Below are positions 27,459 through 37,010 of a stretch of 64,000 bases of DNA, in pieces. The notes beneath the pieces are model-generated. The model did not search any database, was not told the DNA's origin, and saw only the letters and a list, made by a program, of their open reading frames with translations. Source of the stretch: an uncultured Alphaproteobacteria bacterium (GTDB lineage Bacteria > Pseudomonadota > Alphaproteobacteria > VGEJ01); assembly GCA_913041535.1 (NCBI GenBank), contig CAJWJK010000008.1:367-64366 (forward strand), written 5' to 3'. The translations under genes and the position numbers were made by a program. Each line of letters begins with the position of its first letter. Position 1 is the first letter of the stretch.

Positions 27459-28454
27459 ATGGCCGATTCTTACAAGGCACTTCTCGCCGAAGATGATGGA
27501 GGTTTTGTTCTTAGCCTTCGAGAGTTGACGTGGTCTGACCTGCCCGATGGAGAGGTGACAGTGTCTGTTGCCTATTCAAGTTTGAACTATAAAGATGGCC
27601 TTGCCTTGTGTGGCAACAAAGGGCGAGTCATTCGGCGCTTTCCAATGGTTCCCGGCATCGATTTTTCTGGTGTGGTAGAGGAGTCTAGCTCGGCGGAGTT
27701 TGAGAAGGGTGATATGGTCTTTGCGACCGGTTGGGGTTTAGGGGAAACATATTGGGGAGGTTACGCTCAGATGGCGTGTGTTCCAGCTGGATGGTTAATG
27801 TCGTTACCAGATGGTCTGGACCTTCTTGAAGTTATGTCTATTGGTACTGCTGGACTGACCGCCATGTTGAGTGTGATGGCGTTGGAACATCATGGACTAG
27901 AACCCGAAGGACCTCCGGTGGTTGTAACTGGAGCTGCAGGGGGCGTTGGCAGTATAGCGATCTTGTTGCTTTCTAAATTGGGGTATCATGTTATTGCGTC
28001 ATCCGGTCGCCCTGACGCCTATTCCTACCTTTTAGATTTGGGCGCCAATGAAATCATTGATAGAACTGATCTTGAAGCAGAGTCTAAAAGGCCTCTTGAG
28101 CAGGCACGATTTCAGGGTGGCATAGACTCAGTAGGCGGAAGCACGCTTGCTAGGATACTTTCCCAGACCTGTGAGGATGGATTAGTTGCATCCTGTGGTA
28201 ATGCGGGTGGTGTGCAGCTTTCAACAACAGTTCTGCCTTTCATATTAAGGGGAGTAGGGTTGATCGGCATTAATTCGCCCTCTACGTCGGTTGAGAAACG
28301 GAAGCAAGCTTGGAGTCGGTTGGCAAAGGAACTTCCTAGGCAAAAGCTTTCTGAAATCACGACAGTTGCATCTCTTGCCGATCTTCCTGTTCTTGCTGAG
28401 AGTATCCTTAATGGTCGTGTGCGAGGGCGCACAGTGATCGATCCAAATGGCTAA
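27459..28454 (+). CDS. acuI: YhdH/AcuI-type MDR oxidoreductase (acrylyl-CoA reductase-like)
   Basis: Collinear with E. coli YhdH as I remember it: SSLNYKDGLA, FPMVPGIDFSGVV, TGWGLGE..WGG, IGTAGLTAMLSVMALE, VVVTGAAGGVGS and LPFILRGV. Confidence 0.8.
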   Translation: MADSYKALLAEDDGGFVLSLRELTWSDLPDGEVTVSVAYSSLNYKDGLALCGNKGRVIRRFPMVPGIDFSGVVEESSSAEFEKGDMVFATGWGLGETYWGGYAQMACVPAGWLMSLPDGLDLLEVMSIGTAGLTAMLSVMALEHHGLEPEGPPVVVTGAAGGVGSIAILLLSKLGYHVIASSGRPDAYSYLLDLGANEIIDRTDLEAESKRPLEQARFQGGIDSVGGSTLARILSQTCEDGLVASCGNAGGVQLSTTVLPFILRGVGLIGINSPSTSVEKRKQAWSRLAKELPRQKLSEITTVASLADLPVLAESILNGRVRGRTVIDPNG

Positions 28455-28458
28455 TTTG

Positions 28459-29361
28459 TTATTGTTGCAATCTAGTGCCTGTTGTTTTGTTGCGAAAACT
28501 CAGGAGGATGAACAGGCTGCCACTGAGTATAGCACCTGCTCCTGCTAGGGATAGTATGGTCCAACGGAAGTCCTCAAATAGTGTTGAAATGACTAGTGCA
28601 ATTATCGGTACGAGTATACTCACATATCCGGCTCGGTCAGGGCCAATTCGTCCAATGAGAATAAGATAGCAGACCCACGAAAATACAGTGCAAACTATCA
28701 CGATGTAAGCAAAAGATAATAAAAAGCCACCGGACCAATCCCAAGTGAAGTTGCGCCCTAAGCATAAGCTGACGAGGACTGAAAAAGCAGCTCCATAAAG
28801 CATACAAAAACCTGCGGTTTCTACAGGCGGTAGCCCTGACCTCTGGTTATATGCTGAAACGATCTGTGCGAGTGATGCTGATACTGTTGCTATCAGACAG
28901 AGACCAAATCCAATCAAACTAGCGCTAGTTAAATCAAAGGCAGATAGCTCCGGCCAAAATACCATTACCATCCCGCTTACTCCAAAGATCGCGCCGACAA
29001 ATACTGGCGGGCGAATTCTCATTCCGAGAAAGATTGAAGCAAAAACAATGTTAAATATTGGCAATGTGCTGAGGAGCAGTGCTGCTACGCCACTCGTAAT
29101 GTAAGAAATGGCATTGTAGAGAAGCATGTCTGTGAGTGAAAACATGATAACACCTTGGCCGAACAGAATTAGGTGTTGCCGCGCTGAAAAGTTAAGAGGC
29201 TTTCTTTGCCAGATACACCAACCAAGAATTATCGCTCCAGACAGCCCGAAGCGATATGCAACAGCAATCTCTGGTGCTATAGCTCCTACCTGGAAGCTTA
29301 TGGCAAAATATAAGCTACCCCAGAATAGTACGACGGCGGCATAAATGGCTGCTGTGCTCAC
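28459..29361 (-). CDS. DMT superfamily (EamA-like) transporter
   Basis: 300 aa with ten predicted TM helices arranged as a duplicated EamA pattern. Confidence 0.75.
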   Translation of the reverse strand: MSTAAIYAAVVLFWGSLYFAISFQVGAIAPEIAVAYRFGLSGAIILGWCIWQRKPLNFSARQHLILFGQGVIMFSLTDMLLYNAISYITSGVAALLLSTLPIFNIVFASIFLGMRIRPPVFVGAIFGVSGMVMVFWPELSAFDLTSASLIGFGLCLIATVSASLAQIVSAYNQRSGLPPVETAGFCMLYGAAFSVLVSLCLGRNFTWDWSGGFLLSFAYIVIVCTVFSWVCYLILIGRIGPDRAGYVSILVPIIALVISTLFEDFRWTILSLAGAGAILSGSLFILLSFRNKTTGTRLQQ

Positions 29362-29537
29362 GGTTGGTCTTTCTTGCCTGACATTATCACTACAGGTAAT
29401 AACTATGCTGAAGGTAACAATAGGTATGCGTGTGCAATGTTACCTCGTGGCGATTATTACTTTTTGCATGGTGCATTGGCGCACGCAATGACTCAGTTTA
29501 GTATTGTAGTCTTTCGGTCGCAGTCTGAGATTAAGTC

Positions 29538-30557
29538 ATGCAACTACGCGTAGCACTTATTGGGTTTGGTGTAGTGGGGCAGTCGGTGTGCGAGGTTTTG
29601 ATGAGTAAATCGGAATCTTTAAGCAATACGAATGACTTTTCGTGTCTTGTCGTGGGGGTCAGTGATCTAAGGTGGGGGACCGTTTTCAACAATGACGGCC
29701 TTGACCTGGGCCAGCTTCTTACTGAGGCTAGGGATACCGGAAAATTTTGCAAAAATCTAACCGACTGGGACTCTCATACTCTTATCCGTCGTTGCGACGC
29801 AGATGCGGTTGTTGAGCTGTCTTATACAGATTTAGAAACTGGAGAACCCGCAATTTCGCATTGCCGTACTGCCATTGAGACCGGTAAGAGCGTCATTACC
29901 AGCAACAAAGGTCCTCCCGCATTAGCTCACAGAGAATTATCAGAATTAGCACGCCATAAGGGTGTTCAATTCTTATTTGAGGCATGTGTTTTAAGCGGAA
30001 CGCCGGTATTCAATTTAGCTCACAGCTGTCTTACAGGGAACACAATTACTGAGATTCGCGGCATTCTCAATGGAACAACTAACTTCATGCTTGATGAGAT
30101 GGAGTCTGGGGCTAATTATGACGTAGCATTGGCTAAAGCACAGGAGCTGGGTTATGCGGAAGCAAGGCCAGATGCCGATGTAGAAGGTTATGATGCGCTG
30201 GCGAAGGTGGTCATTCTTGCTAACACACTCATGGGGGGTGATATAGAACCGTCTCAGGTTCCGTGTCGGGGCATAACGGAGATAGACCAGAATGCTGTTG
30301 CTGAGGCGAAGCGAGAGGGAAGGCGGTATAAGCTGATTGGAGCCATCCAGCGTGACGGTGATGGCTTGTCAGCACGCGTATGCCCTGAAAAATTACATCT
30401 GAACGACCCTCTATCAAGCGTTTCAGGTGTTAATAACGCGCTTACACTTAAGACCGATCTTCTTGGGGAAATAACGATGATCGGTCCTGGCGCGGGTCCT
30501 ACTGCCACGGGTTATGCGGTTGTCGGTGATCTAATGCGCATATTAACGGTGCATTAA
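29538..30557 (+). CDS. homoserine dehydrogenase family protein lacking an ACT domain
   Basis: VALIGFGVVGQSV Rossmann motif and GILNGTTNFMLDEM...AQELGYAEARPDADVEGYDALAKVVILAN catalytic-domain motifs. At 339 aa there is no C-terminal ACT domain. Confidence 0.7.
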   Translation: MQLRVALIGFGVVGQSVCEVLMSKSESLSNTNDFSCLVVGVSDLRWGTVFNNDGLDLGQLLTEARDTGKFCKNLTDWDSHTLIRRCDADAVVELSYTDLETGEPAISHCRTAIETGKSVITSNKGPPALAHRELSELARHKGVQFLFEACVLSGTPVFNLAHSCLTGNTITEIRGILNGTTNFMLDEMESGANYDVALAKAQELGYAEARPDADVEGYDALAKVVILANTLMGGDIEPSQVPCRGITEIDQNAVAEAKREGRRYKLIGAIQRDGDGLSARVCPEKLHLNDPLSSVSGVNNALTLKTDLLGEITMIGPGAGPTATGYAVVGDLMRILTVH

Positions 30558-30568
30558 GTTAAGGTACG

Positions 30569-31015
30569 CTAGCGTTTCTGTGATCTTGATTTACCTTTTG
30601 TTGCTTTCTTTTTGCGCGCGTCGGCGCGTTTCTTCTTATCAACTTCATTGAAGACTTCCTGCGCGACGTTGCAAGCAAATGTTGAGTTGATAAATCCAGC
30701 AAAGGTGTTGGTTTGGATCAGCGTTTCGCGTATCTCTGTGCGCGAGCACCCGAGGCGCAATGCACCGCCAATGTGGAAGCCTAGAACCTGCCATTCGCCC
30801 AGCATGGTGAGCATAGCTAGGTTGAGGAGAATGCGGGTTTTAGGGGGAAGACCTCGGCGTGCGAATATTTCACCCCAAGCGAACTCGGTAACATAGTCTT
30901 GTTGATCGCGCGTCGCGGGACCCAAATTGGCATAAATAGGATCCATAATTTCTTTGCCGATTATATCCCAGCGCATCTTTTTTCCGCGAGCCATTGTCCG
31001 TTTATTCATTGCCAT
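30569..31015 (-). CDS. carboxymuconolactone decarboxylase family protein with a polybasic C-terminal tail
   Basis: CMD core (KTRILLNLAMLTMLG...GCSRTEIRETL) followed by KKKRADARKKKATKGKSRSQKR. Confidence 0.7.
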   Translation of the reverse strand: MAMNKRTMARGKKMRWDIIGKEIMDPIYANLGPATRDQQDYVTEFAWGEIFARRGLPPKTRILLNLAMLTMLGEWQVLGFHIGGALRLGCSRTEIRETLIQTNTFAGFINSTFACNVAQEVFNEVDKKKRADARKKKATKGKSRSQKR

Positions 31016-31229
31016 ATCAGCTTCCTTTAAAAGCTAGCCATCAAAGTATCACCTAAGCTAACGGTGCAACAATAGTCTGGCGTTCAGAAGGTAGTCTCGT
31101 CAACTCTTAGAATTTGATGTGCTTGACCCAGTGGTCCAATTTGATGAACATGAGGACATCGGTTACCCTTCTAATTGTTACATTCTGCTTTAAGGGCATG
31201 ATTGCATTATCTCGGTTGAGGTGTAGTGA

Positions 31230-32333
31230 ATGGTATATCAAGTAGAAGTAGATTTTGGTTTTACCGTTGGTCCTGTGATGCCAGCTGATCAAGAAGGTGC
31301 GGCAGGAGATGGGCAACGGTATGCTGAAATGATTGACGATTGTCGTTTTGGACATTCCCTTGGTTTTTCCAGCGTGTGGTCACTTGAGCACCATTTTACG
31401 GACTACTACCCTTCTCCGAGTCCTCTGACATTTTTGAGCCATGTGGCTGGCGCATGTCCGGGCCTTGGTCTTGGGGCTTGTGTGATTGTTCTGCCTTGGT
31501 ATGAGCCTGTGCGTTTTGCTGAAGACGTTGCCATGATTAGTCTTCTGAGTGACGCTGATTTGCATCTCGGATTGGGAAGAGGTGTAGCAAAGATCGAATA
31601 TGATGCAAGAAACCTTGATATGGGGCACTCGCGCGAGTTGTTTAAGGAGGTTTATGAAATTGCAGATGGCCTCCTGACCGGCCAGCCGTTTAAGTATGAT
31701 GGAAACCATTTTACCATTCCGCGCGATATTAGCTTGAGACCAGGGCCCAATCGCGACCGTATACACATGTACGGTGCTGTAAATAATCCTGGTACTGCTG
31801 AACGCATGGCTGAGATGGGTCTTGTCATCATGTGTACTTCCGCTTCTCCGTTCCAGCAGAATGCTGATTCAATTAAGGCGTGGAAAAGAGTTATTGCTGC
31901 AAAGGGGGGTAAAACCGATGTAAATATTCCGCTTTGGGCCCATTGTTTCATTGGGGACACTGAGGAGGAAGCTAAAGAGGAAGCTACAGAATACTTGGTA
32001 AATTTTTTTCGTAGTGTGATAGATCACTACGAAACCTATCTTAATCCATGGCAGGGCATGGATACGTATGAACACAACGTTGAACAGATGCAACGTATGG
32101 AGGCTATGGCTGACCCAGCTAATATACCTCCATTTCTCGAACACCAACTGGTTGGTACCCCTAAACAGGTAGCAGACAAGGTTGCTCAGTATGCTGCCAT
32201 AGGGATTACGCAATTAGCGATCAACACGGCGCAACCGGGGCGTCCTCTAGAAAATCGACGTGCCTCTATGGAGCGCTTTGCCCGTGAGGTTGCCCCAGAG
32301 TTCTCAACAGACTTTGTTGTCGCTGCTGAGTAA
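31230..32333 (+). CDS. LLM-class flavin-dependent oxidoreductase/monooxygenase
   Basis: 367 aa with an LLM pattern (GFSSVWSLEHHF, LGLGRG). Confidence 0.8.
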   Translation: MVYQVEVDFGFTVGPVMPADQEGAAGDGQRYAEMIDDCRFGHSLGFSSVWSLEHHFTDYYPSPSPLTFLSHVAGACPGLGLGACVIVLPWYEPVRFAEDVAMISLLSDADLHLGLGRGVAKIEYDARNLDMGHSRELFKEVYEIADGLLTGQPFKYDGNHFTIPRDISLRPGPNRDRIHMYGAVNNPGTAERMAEMGLVIMCTSASPFQQNADSIKAWKRVIAAKGGKTDVNIPLWAHCFIGDTEEEAKEEATEYLVNFFRSVIDHYETYLNPWQGMDTYEHNVEQMQRMEAMADPANIPPFLEHQLVGTPKQVADKVAQYAAIGITQLAINTAQPGRPLENRRASMERFAREVAPEFSTDFVVAAE

Positions 32334-32345
32334 GGAATTAGAACA

Positions 32346-33452
32346 ATGAAACTTGGCATGTTCAGTATGTCTCTGCATGATCCTGGTAGGGATCAGCATA
32401 CGGTTTTGATGGAAGATGTTGAGGTGGCTGTCTACTGTGATGAACTTGGGTTTGATGAATTCTGGATAGGAGAACACTATACGGCAGCATCGGAGCCAGT
32501 GCCGGCCCCGATGATTTTTTTAGCCAATTTATTGGCACGTACAAAGAATATGAACCTTGGAACAGGGGTCATCAATTTACCCCAAGCGCATCCGGCCCAG
32601 GTGGCAGCACATATTGCGTATTTGGACCACCTATCTGAGGGTAGATTGCTTTTTGGGATTGGCCCGGGTGGTTTGGGTAGCGATCTTGAACTTTTCGGGG
32701 AGACCGACCCCAAGGCGCGGGGCGAGATGATGATGGAATCAATAGATATGATTCTTAAATTATGGAGCCAAGATGCGCCCTTTAAGTTTGAGGGTAAGTA
32801 CTGGAACTTCAGGCTTACTGATACAATTCTTGAAGAATTTGGGGTAGGGGTAACGGTTAAACCCTATCAAAAACCTCACCCCCCTATAGCTCTTCCTGCC
32901 ATGAGTCCGTTTTCTGGCACTATGAAGTTAGCGGGCAAAAGGGGCTGGATCCCAATCTCTTCAAACATAATTCCCACGTATAGTGTTGCAAGTCAGTGGT
33001 TAAAATATGCGGAAGGGTGTGAGGAGGAGGGTAGGAAGGCTGATCCCGAGATATGGCGTGTAGGACGTACTGTCTTTGTTGCCGATTCGGACAAAGAGGC
33101 CGAGGCGTATGTCAACGGAGAGCAGAATCTCTTTAACTACTACTATGCACATATGCACGGTCTACTTGGCGATGGGGGTATGCTTGGCATTGTGACACCA
33201 AATCCTGATGACGATCCGTCAGAATTTAGTCGTAGAGATTACCGCGTAGACAACCTTATTTATGGAAGTCCTGATACCGTAACAGAAAAACTCCTAGCCT
33301 TTCGTGAGACAGTTGGGCCTTTCGGAACGCTCATCGTTGCGGGTCTTGAGTACGACGATCGTGTCAGAACGCGCAGATCTATGGAATTGTTAGCCACAGA
33401 GGTGATGCCTAAACTTCGTAATGCTATTGATTCTTCGGAGGCGGCTCAATAA
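32346..33452 (+). CDS. LLM-class flavin-dependent oxidoreductase/monooxygenase (distant paralogue)
   Basis: 368 aa with GFDEFWIGEHY, FGIGPGG and KPHPPIALP motifs. Confidence 0.8.
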   Translation: MKLGMFSMSLHDPGRDQHTVLMEDVEVAVYCDELGFDEFWIGEHYTAASEPVPAPMIFLANLLARTKNMNLGTGVINLPQAHPAQVAAHIAYLDHLSEGRLLFGIGPGGLGSDLELFGETDPKARGEMMMESIDMILKLWSQDAPFKFEGKYWNFRLTDTILEEFGVGVTVKPYQKPHPPIALPAMSPFSGTMKLAGKRGWIPISSNIIPTYSVASQWLKYAEGCEEEGRKADPEIWRVGRTVFVADSDKEAEAYVNGEQNLFNYYYAHMHGLLGDGGMLGIVTPNPDDDPSEFSRRDYRVDNLIYGSPDTVTEKLLAFRETVGPFGTLIVAGLEYDDRVRTRRSMELLATEVMPKLRNAIDSSEAAQ

Positions 33453-33648
33453 GCGGAATCTCGCAAGGTTGATGAAGATTGTCTAGGGTCGAGTGAGGAA
33501 GCTATCGTTCAATATAAACGTGGAATTTCGGTATATGGCCATATGATTTTGAAGCAGCGGTGTCTGGAGTTCCTTGACAGCGTGGGTATAGGGTCCTAGC
33601 GTCGCTTGTAGTGATGGTTCTCGACTGTCAATTGTATGCAATAGGGAG

Positions 33649-35073
33649 ATGAATATGAAAGATCGAGATATCCAGGCGCATGATAATGCGATGAAAAGAA
33701 TTGCTCATCACCGCAAAGGTGAGGTGAGTAGACGCAGAATGATGCAGACCTCTGCGGCTGCAGTTGGAGCTGCTTTGGCCGCGGATTTTGTGCCTAAGAC
33801 GGTGCACGCGGATGTAGGAGGCACGATTGTGCATTTTGCTTCCTCCGGAAAACGTCTTGCCAACTCGTTAAGAGCTGTAAAACCTCTATTTGATAAAGTG
33901 TTTCCAAACGTGACTCTAGAGGTAGTGTCGAAGCCAATGAGTGAGGCATTGACACAGATCAACACTTATATGCGGTCGAAGAGTGATGCCTTTGATGTGA
34001 TTACTCAGGATCATGCGCAGTTTGCTGCACTTGATGCTATGGGTGCTCTTACTGATATGGGCCCTTATATAGAGCCATTCCCGGAGTGGTACGAAGACTA
34101 TAAACAGGATGTGCCTCAGCGGTATCGGCATATGTGGAATGTGCCCAAAGGCCCAGCTCCTCCAGGGTATGTTGCAGCTTTAGCGCCTGATGGAAATGCA
34201 ATGATGACATTTTATCGGCGCGACGTGTTTGAAAAGGCGGGTATTAAAGTGCCCGTAACCTGGGATGAGGCTGTCGAGGCTGCTAAGGAAATCCACGATC
34301 CAGAACATGAGCGTTATGCATATTGTGCGGCTATGGCTCGAAATTTCTGGGCTGGATATCAGTTTTATGGGATCCTGCGAAGCTGGGGTGGTGATTATTT
34401 TGCAGATGAAGTGAACGGAGACTGGACACCTACCATTGAGTCTGAGGAAGGGTATCAGTCACTGCGTATACTGACTGAGTTGCAAAAGTATGCTCATCCC
34501 GGTTCAGCAAATTTTGGAGAGGATGAGGTCAACCAAACATTTGCTCAGGGTCACGCGCTCTACAGTCCGCTGACTTGGGGCACTGCAACTTTGAATGATC
34601 CAACATACTCCGAGTTCCATGAGGATTGGCACATGGATCTCACTCCTAAGGGTAACACCCCAAAATCTGACCATAGGGCACTAACAGGCGGTTTTGGCCA
34701 GTTTATGCCTACATGGGGCGGTAATCGGGAGACTGCTTTCGCGTGGATCAAGTTCCTAAATTCTGGTGACCGTGAGGATCTGGATGGTAGTCCACTCATT
34801 GCGGATGCTATCGTTGGAGCGGGCGGTCAGTTATCTCGAGCTTCTACACTAAGCCGGTGGGCAGACCGCAAGCCATTCTTTGTGGGTCTACAGAAAGCGT
34901 ATCCAGTGTGTGTGGTTAATGCTCCAGTTATACCTGAAGCTTATGCAATCATGGGGGCAGTCGGTGAGGAAGTTGCTGACGCAGTCAACAACATCAAGAG
35001 TACAGAAGATGCTCTAAAGGACGCTAATAAGCGAACCAAGCGCATTATGGAGGATAGTGGTTACTACGACTAA
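33649..35073 (+). CDS. ABC transporter substrate-binding protein (family 1, sugar/polyol type) with a Tat-like signal
   Basis: SRRRMMQTSAAAVGAALA twin-arginine signal, and a size and pattern typical of extracellular solute-binding family 1. Confidence 0.8.
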   Translation: MNMKDRDIQAHDNAMKRIAHHRKGEVSRRRMMQTSAAAVGAALAADFVPKTVHADVGGTIVHFASSGKRLANSLRAVKPLFDKVFPNVTLEVVSKPMSEALTQINTYMRSKSDAFDVITQDHAQFAALDAMGALTDMGPYIEPFPEWYEDYKQDVPQRYRHMWNVPKGPAPPGYVAALAPDGNAMMTFYRRDVFEKAGIKVPVTWDEAVEAAKEIHDPEHERYAYCAAMARNFWAGYQFYGILRSWGGDYFADEVNGDWTPTIESEEGYQSLRILTELQKYAHPGSANFGEDEVNQTFAQGHALYSPLTWGTATLNDPTYSEFHEDWHMDLTPKGNTPKSDHRALTGGFGQFMPTWGGNRETAFAWIKFLNSGDREDLDGSPLIADAIVGAGGQLSRASTLSRWADRKPFFVGLQKAYPVCVVNAPVIPEAYAIMGAVGEEVADAVNNIKSTEDALKDANKRTKRIMEDSGYYD

Positions 35074-35103
35074 GATCATTATTCTTTTGAAAGGGAATCG
35101 GTC

Positions 35104-36078
35104 GTGAGCACGACCAGTCAAGGGACCCGGCCGGCAAAGTTGGCCGGGTCCGATTCTGTACCCAAATCCCCACGTCCGGGAGCTGTGTCCCGTCAAACCC
35201 GACGGACAGCTTACCTCATGCTCGCGCCTTGTGTGATTGTCCTGATTGTGTTGGCAATTTACCCCATGGCTTTTTCGGGGGTCCTATCATTTAAGGTAGA
35301 CCCCCTTTATAACCCCAACGTAGCTCGGTTTATTGGTTGGAGAAACTTCGAAGATTTATTTGATGACTTTAGATTTTGGCAAAGTATTCGTCTGACTGTT
35401 CTATGGGCATTACTGGTTGTTTCAATACAGATGGTATTGGGTTTTCTGCTTGCCATCCTTTTAGACCGAAAGATGAGAGGGGCAGGTCTTTTGCGCTCTC
35501 TCATTATTATTCCTGTCTTCGTGTCGCCAGTAGCCATGGGATTGACGTGGCGATTCATCTTTGAGCCGGTTGCAGGATTGGCTAACTGGATTGTTAATAC
35601 AGGGTTGGGCTTAGAAAAATACTCGTGGTTATCTCATAAAGATACGGCTTTGAGTACATTGATGATTGTGGATTGTTGGCAGTGGACTCCTTTTGTAGCG
35701 TTAATTTTGTTGGCTGGAATGCAGAGTATATCGCCAGAAATTTCGGAAGCGGCTCGGTTAGATCGTATCCGTGGAGCGACATATTATACACGTATTGTAA
35801 TCCCCCTGATTCGACCTGTAATCATGGTGGTAATATTGATACGTCTGGTTGATTCCATCAGAATTTTTGATTTGAATTTTATTATGACTAAGGGTGGTCC
35901 TGGTTCTGCTACGCTTATGGCGAGTGTTTATGATTATACGATCTTTGAGCAGGGCCATCTTGGATTAATGGCGGCATACGGGTTCCTTATTCTTATTCTC
36001 ATCAATATCATTGTCGCGATATTTCTCAATACGCTATACCGTGCTGAGAAGTCTGCGCGTGTGGCGGACGCAAACTAA
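35104..36078 (+). CDS. carbohydrate-type ABC transporter permease (MalF-like)
   Basis: Six TM helices and an EAA-like loop (EAARLDRIRGATYY). It has a GTG start. Confidence 0.82.
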   Translation: MSTTSQGTRPAKLAGSDSVPKSPRPGAVSRQTRRTAYLMLAPCVIVLIVLAIYPMAFSGVLSFKVDPLYNPNVARFIGWRNFEDLFDDFRFWQSIRLTVLWALLVVSIQMVLGFLLAILLDRKMRGAGLLRSLIIIPVFVSPVAMGLTWRFIFEPVAGLANWIVNTGLGLEKYSWLSHKDTALSTLMIVDCWQWTPFVALILLAGMQSISPEISEAARLDRIRGATYYTRIVIPLIRPVIMVVILIRLVDSIRIFDLNFIMTKGGPGSATLMASVYDYTIFEQGHLGLMAAYGFLILILINIIVAIFLNTLYRAEKSARVADAN

Positions 36079-36899
36079 TGCATCAGACATCCCTTGGTCG
36101 CTTAATCAATGTGTTAGCAATAATTGTGGTTGCGTTGTGGCTTATTCCTGTTGCATGGGTTGCACTCACGTCTATAAAGCCAACTAAAATCATTAATGCG
36201 CCGGAACCGACGTTTTACTCCTTTACACCGACGGACGAACATTACATAGAGATCTTTGATCGGTTTATGTTTCATCGGGCAATGATTAATAGTCTTGTAA
36301 CTGTTGGTGTCTCTACTCTCATAGTAATGATTTTGGCTTTGCCTGCAGCCTACGCAGTTGCGCGTATGGGTTTGATGGGGGGGGATATCTGGGCCCTCTC
36401 GATTCTCTCATTACGATTTATGCCTGGCGTGGTTGTCGTGTTGCCATATTTTAAAATGGCCAACGGTTTTGGTCTGATTGATTCTCAACTTGCGCTTATA
36501 ATTGTTTATACGGCTTTTGGGTTGCCTTTTGCGGTTTGGATTTTGCGGAGCTTTCTTTTGGATTTACCAAAAGAGGTAGAAGAGGCGGGGCGCTTGGATG
36601 GTTTAAGTTGGATGCAAATTATCTTCCGATTGATATTGCCTATGGCTCGACCAGGTATTGCTGTGACTGCCATTTTTACGTTTGTCTTCAGTTGGAATGA
36701 GTATCTATTTTCCCTGTTTTTGACATATGACAAGGCAACGACGATGCCTGTCGCACTTCAGAAGACAATTGATCTTTATAATGTGTTGTGGGGGTCGCTA
36801 AGTGCGGGTGCAGTTATCCAGCTGCTGCCAATGATCTTGGTGGTCTTTCTTCTCCAGCAACATATTGCTCGTGGGCTTGCTCTTGGTGCGGTAAAATAG
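36078..36899 (+). CDS. carbohydrate-type ABC transporter permease (MalG-like)
   Basis: EAA loop (EEAGRLDGLSWMQIFRLILP). Its start overlaps the upstream stop as TAATG. Confidence 0.82.
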   Translation: MHQTSLGRLINVLAIIVVALWLIPVAWVALTSIKPTKIINAPEPTFYSFTPTDEHYIEIFDRFMFHRAMINSLVTVGVSTLIVMILALPAAYAVARMGLMGGDIWALSILSLRFMPGVVVVLPYFKMANGFGLIDSQLALIIVYTAFGLPFAVWILRSFLLDLPKEVEEAGRLDGLSWMQIIFRLILPMARPGIAVTAIFTFVFSWNEYLFSLFLTYDKATTMPVALQKTIDLYNVLWGSLSAGAVIQLLPMILVVFLLQQHIARGLALGAVK

Positions 36900-37010
36900 A
36901 TCGCACTGGCGAGCTATAGTGCCGTTGGGAGGTACGAGAGGGGCACCATAGACCAGCTTTCTTCTCTGTATAGGAGTAGGCCTTCTAAACTATTTTATGG
37001 GTAGAGGCAG

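Noticed and set aside
31111-31146. 9-bp direct repeat AATTTGATG (31111 and 31138) upstream of the LLM pair.
   Set aside because: A short AT-rich repeat like this is plausibly due to chance in a ~200-nt spacer, and I saw no dyad symmetry or further copies.
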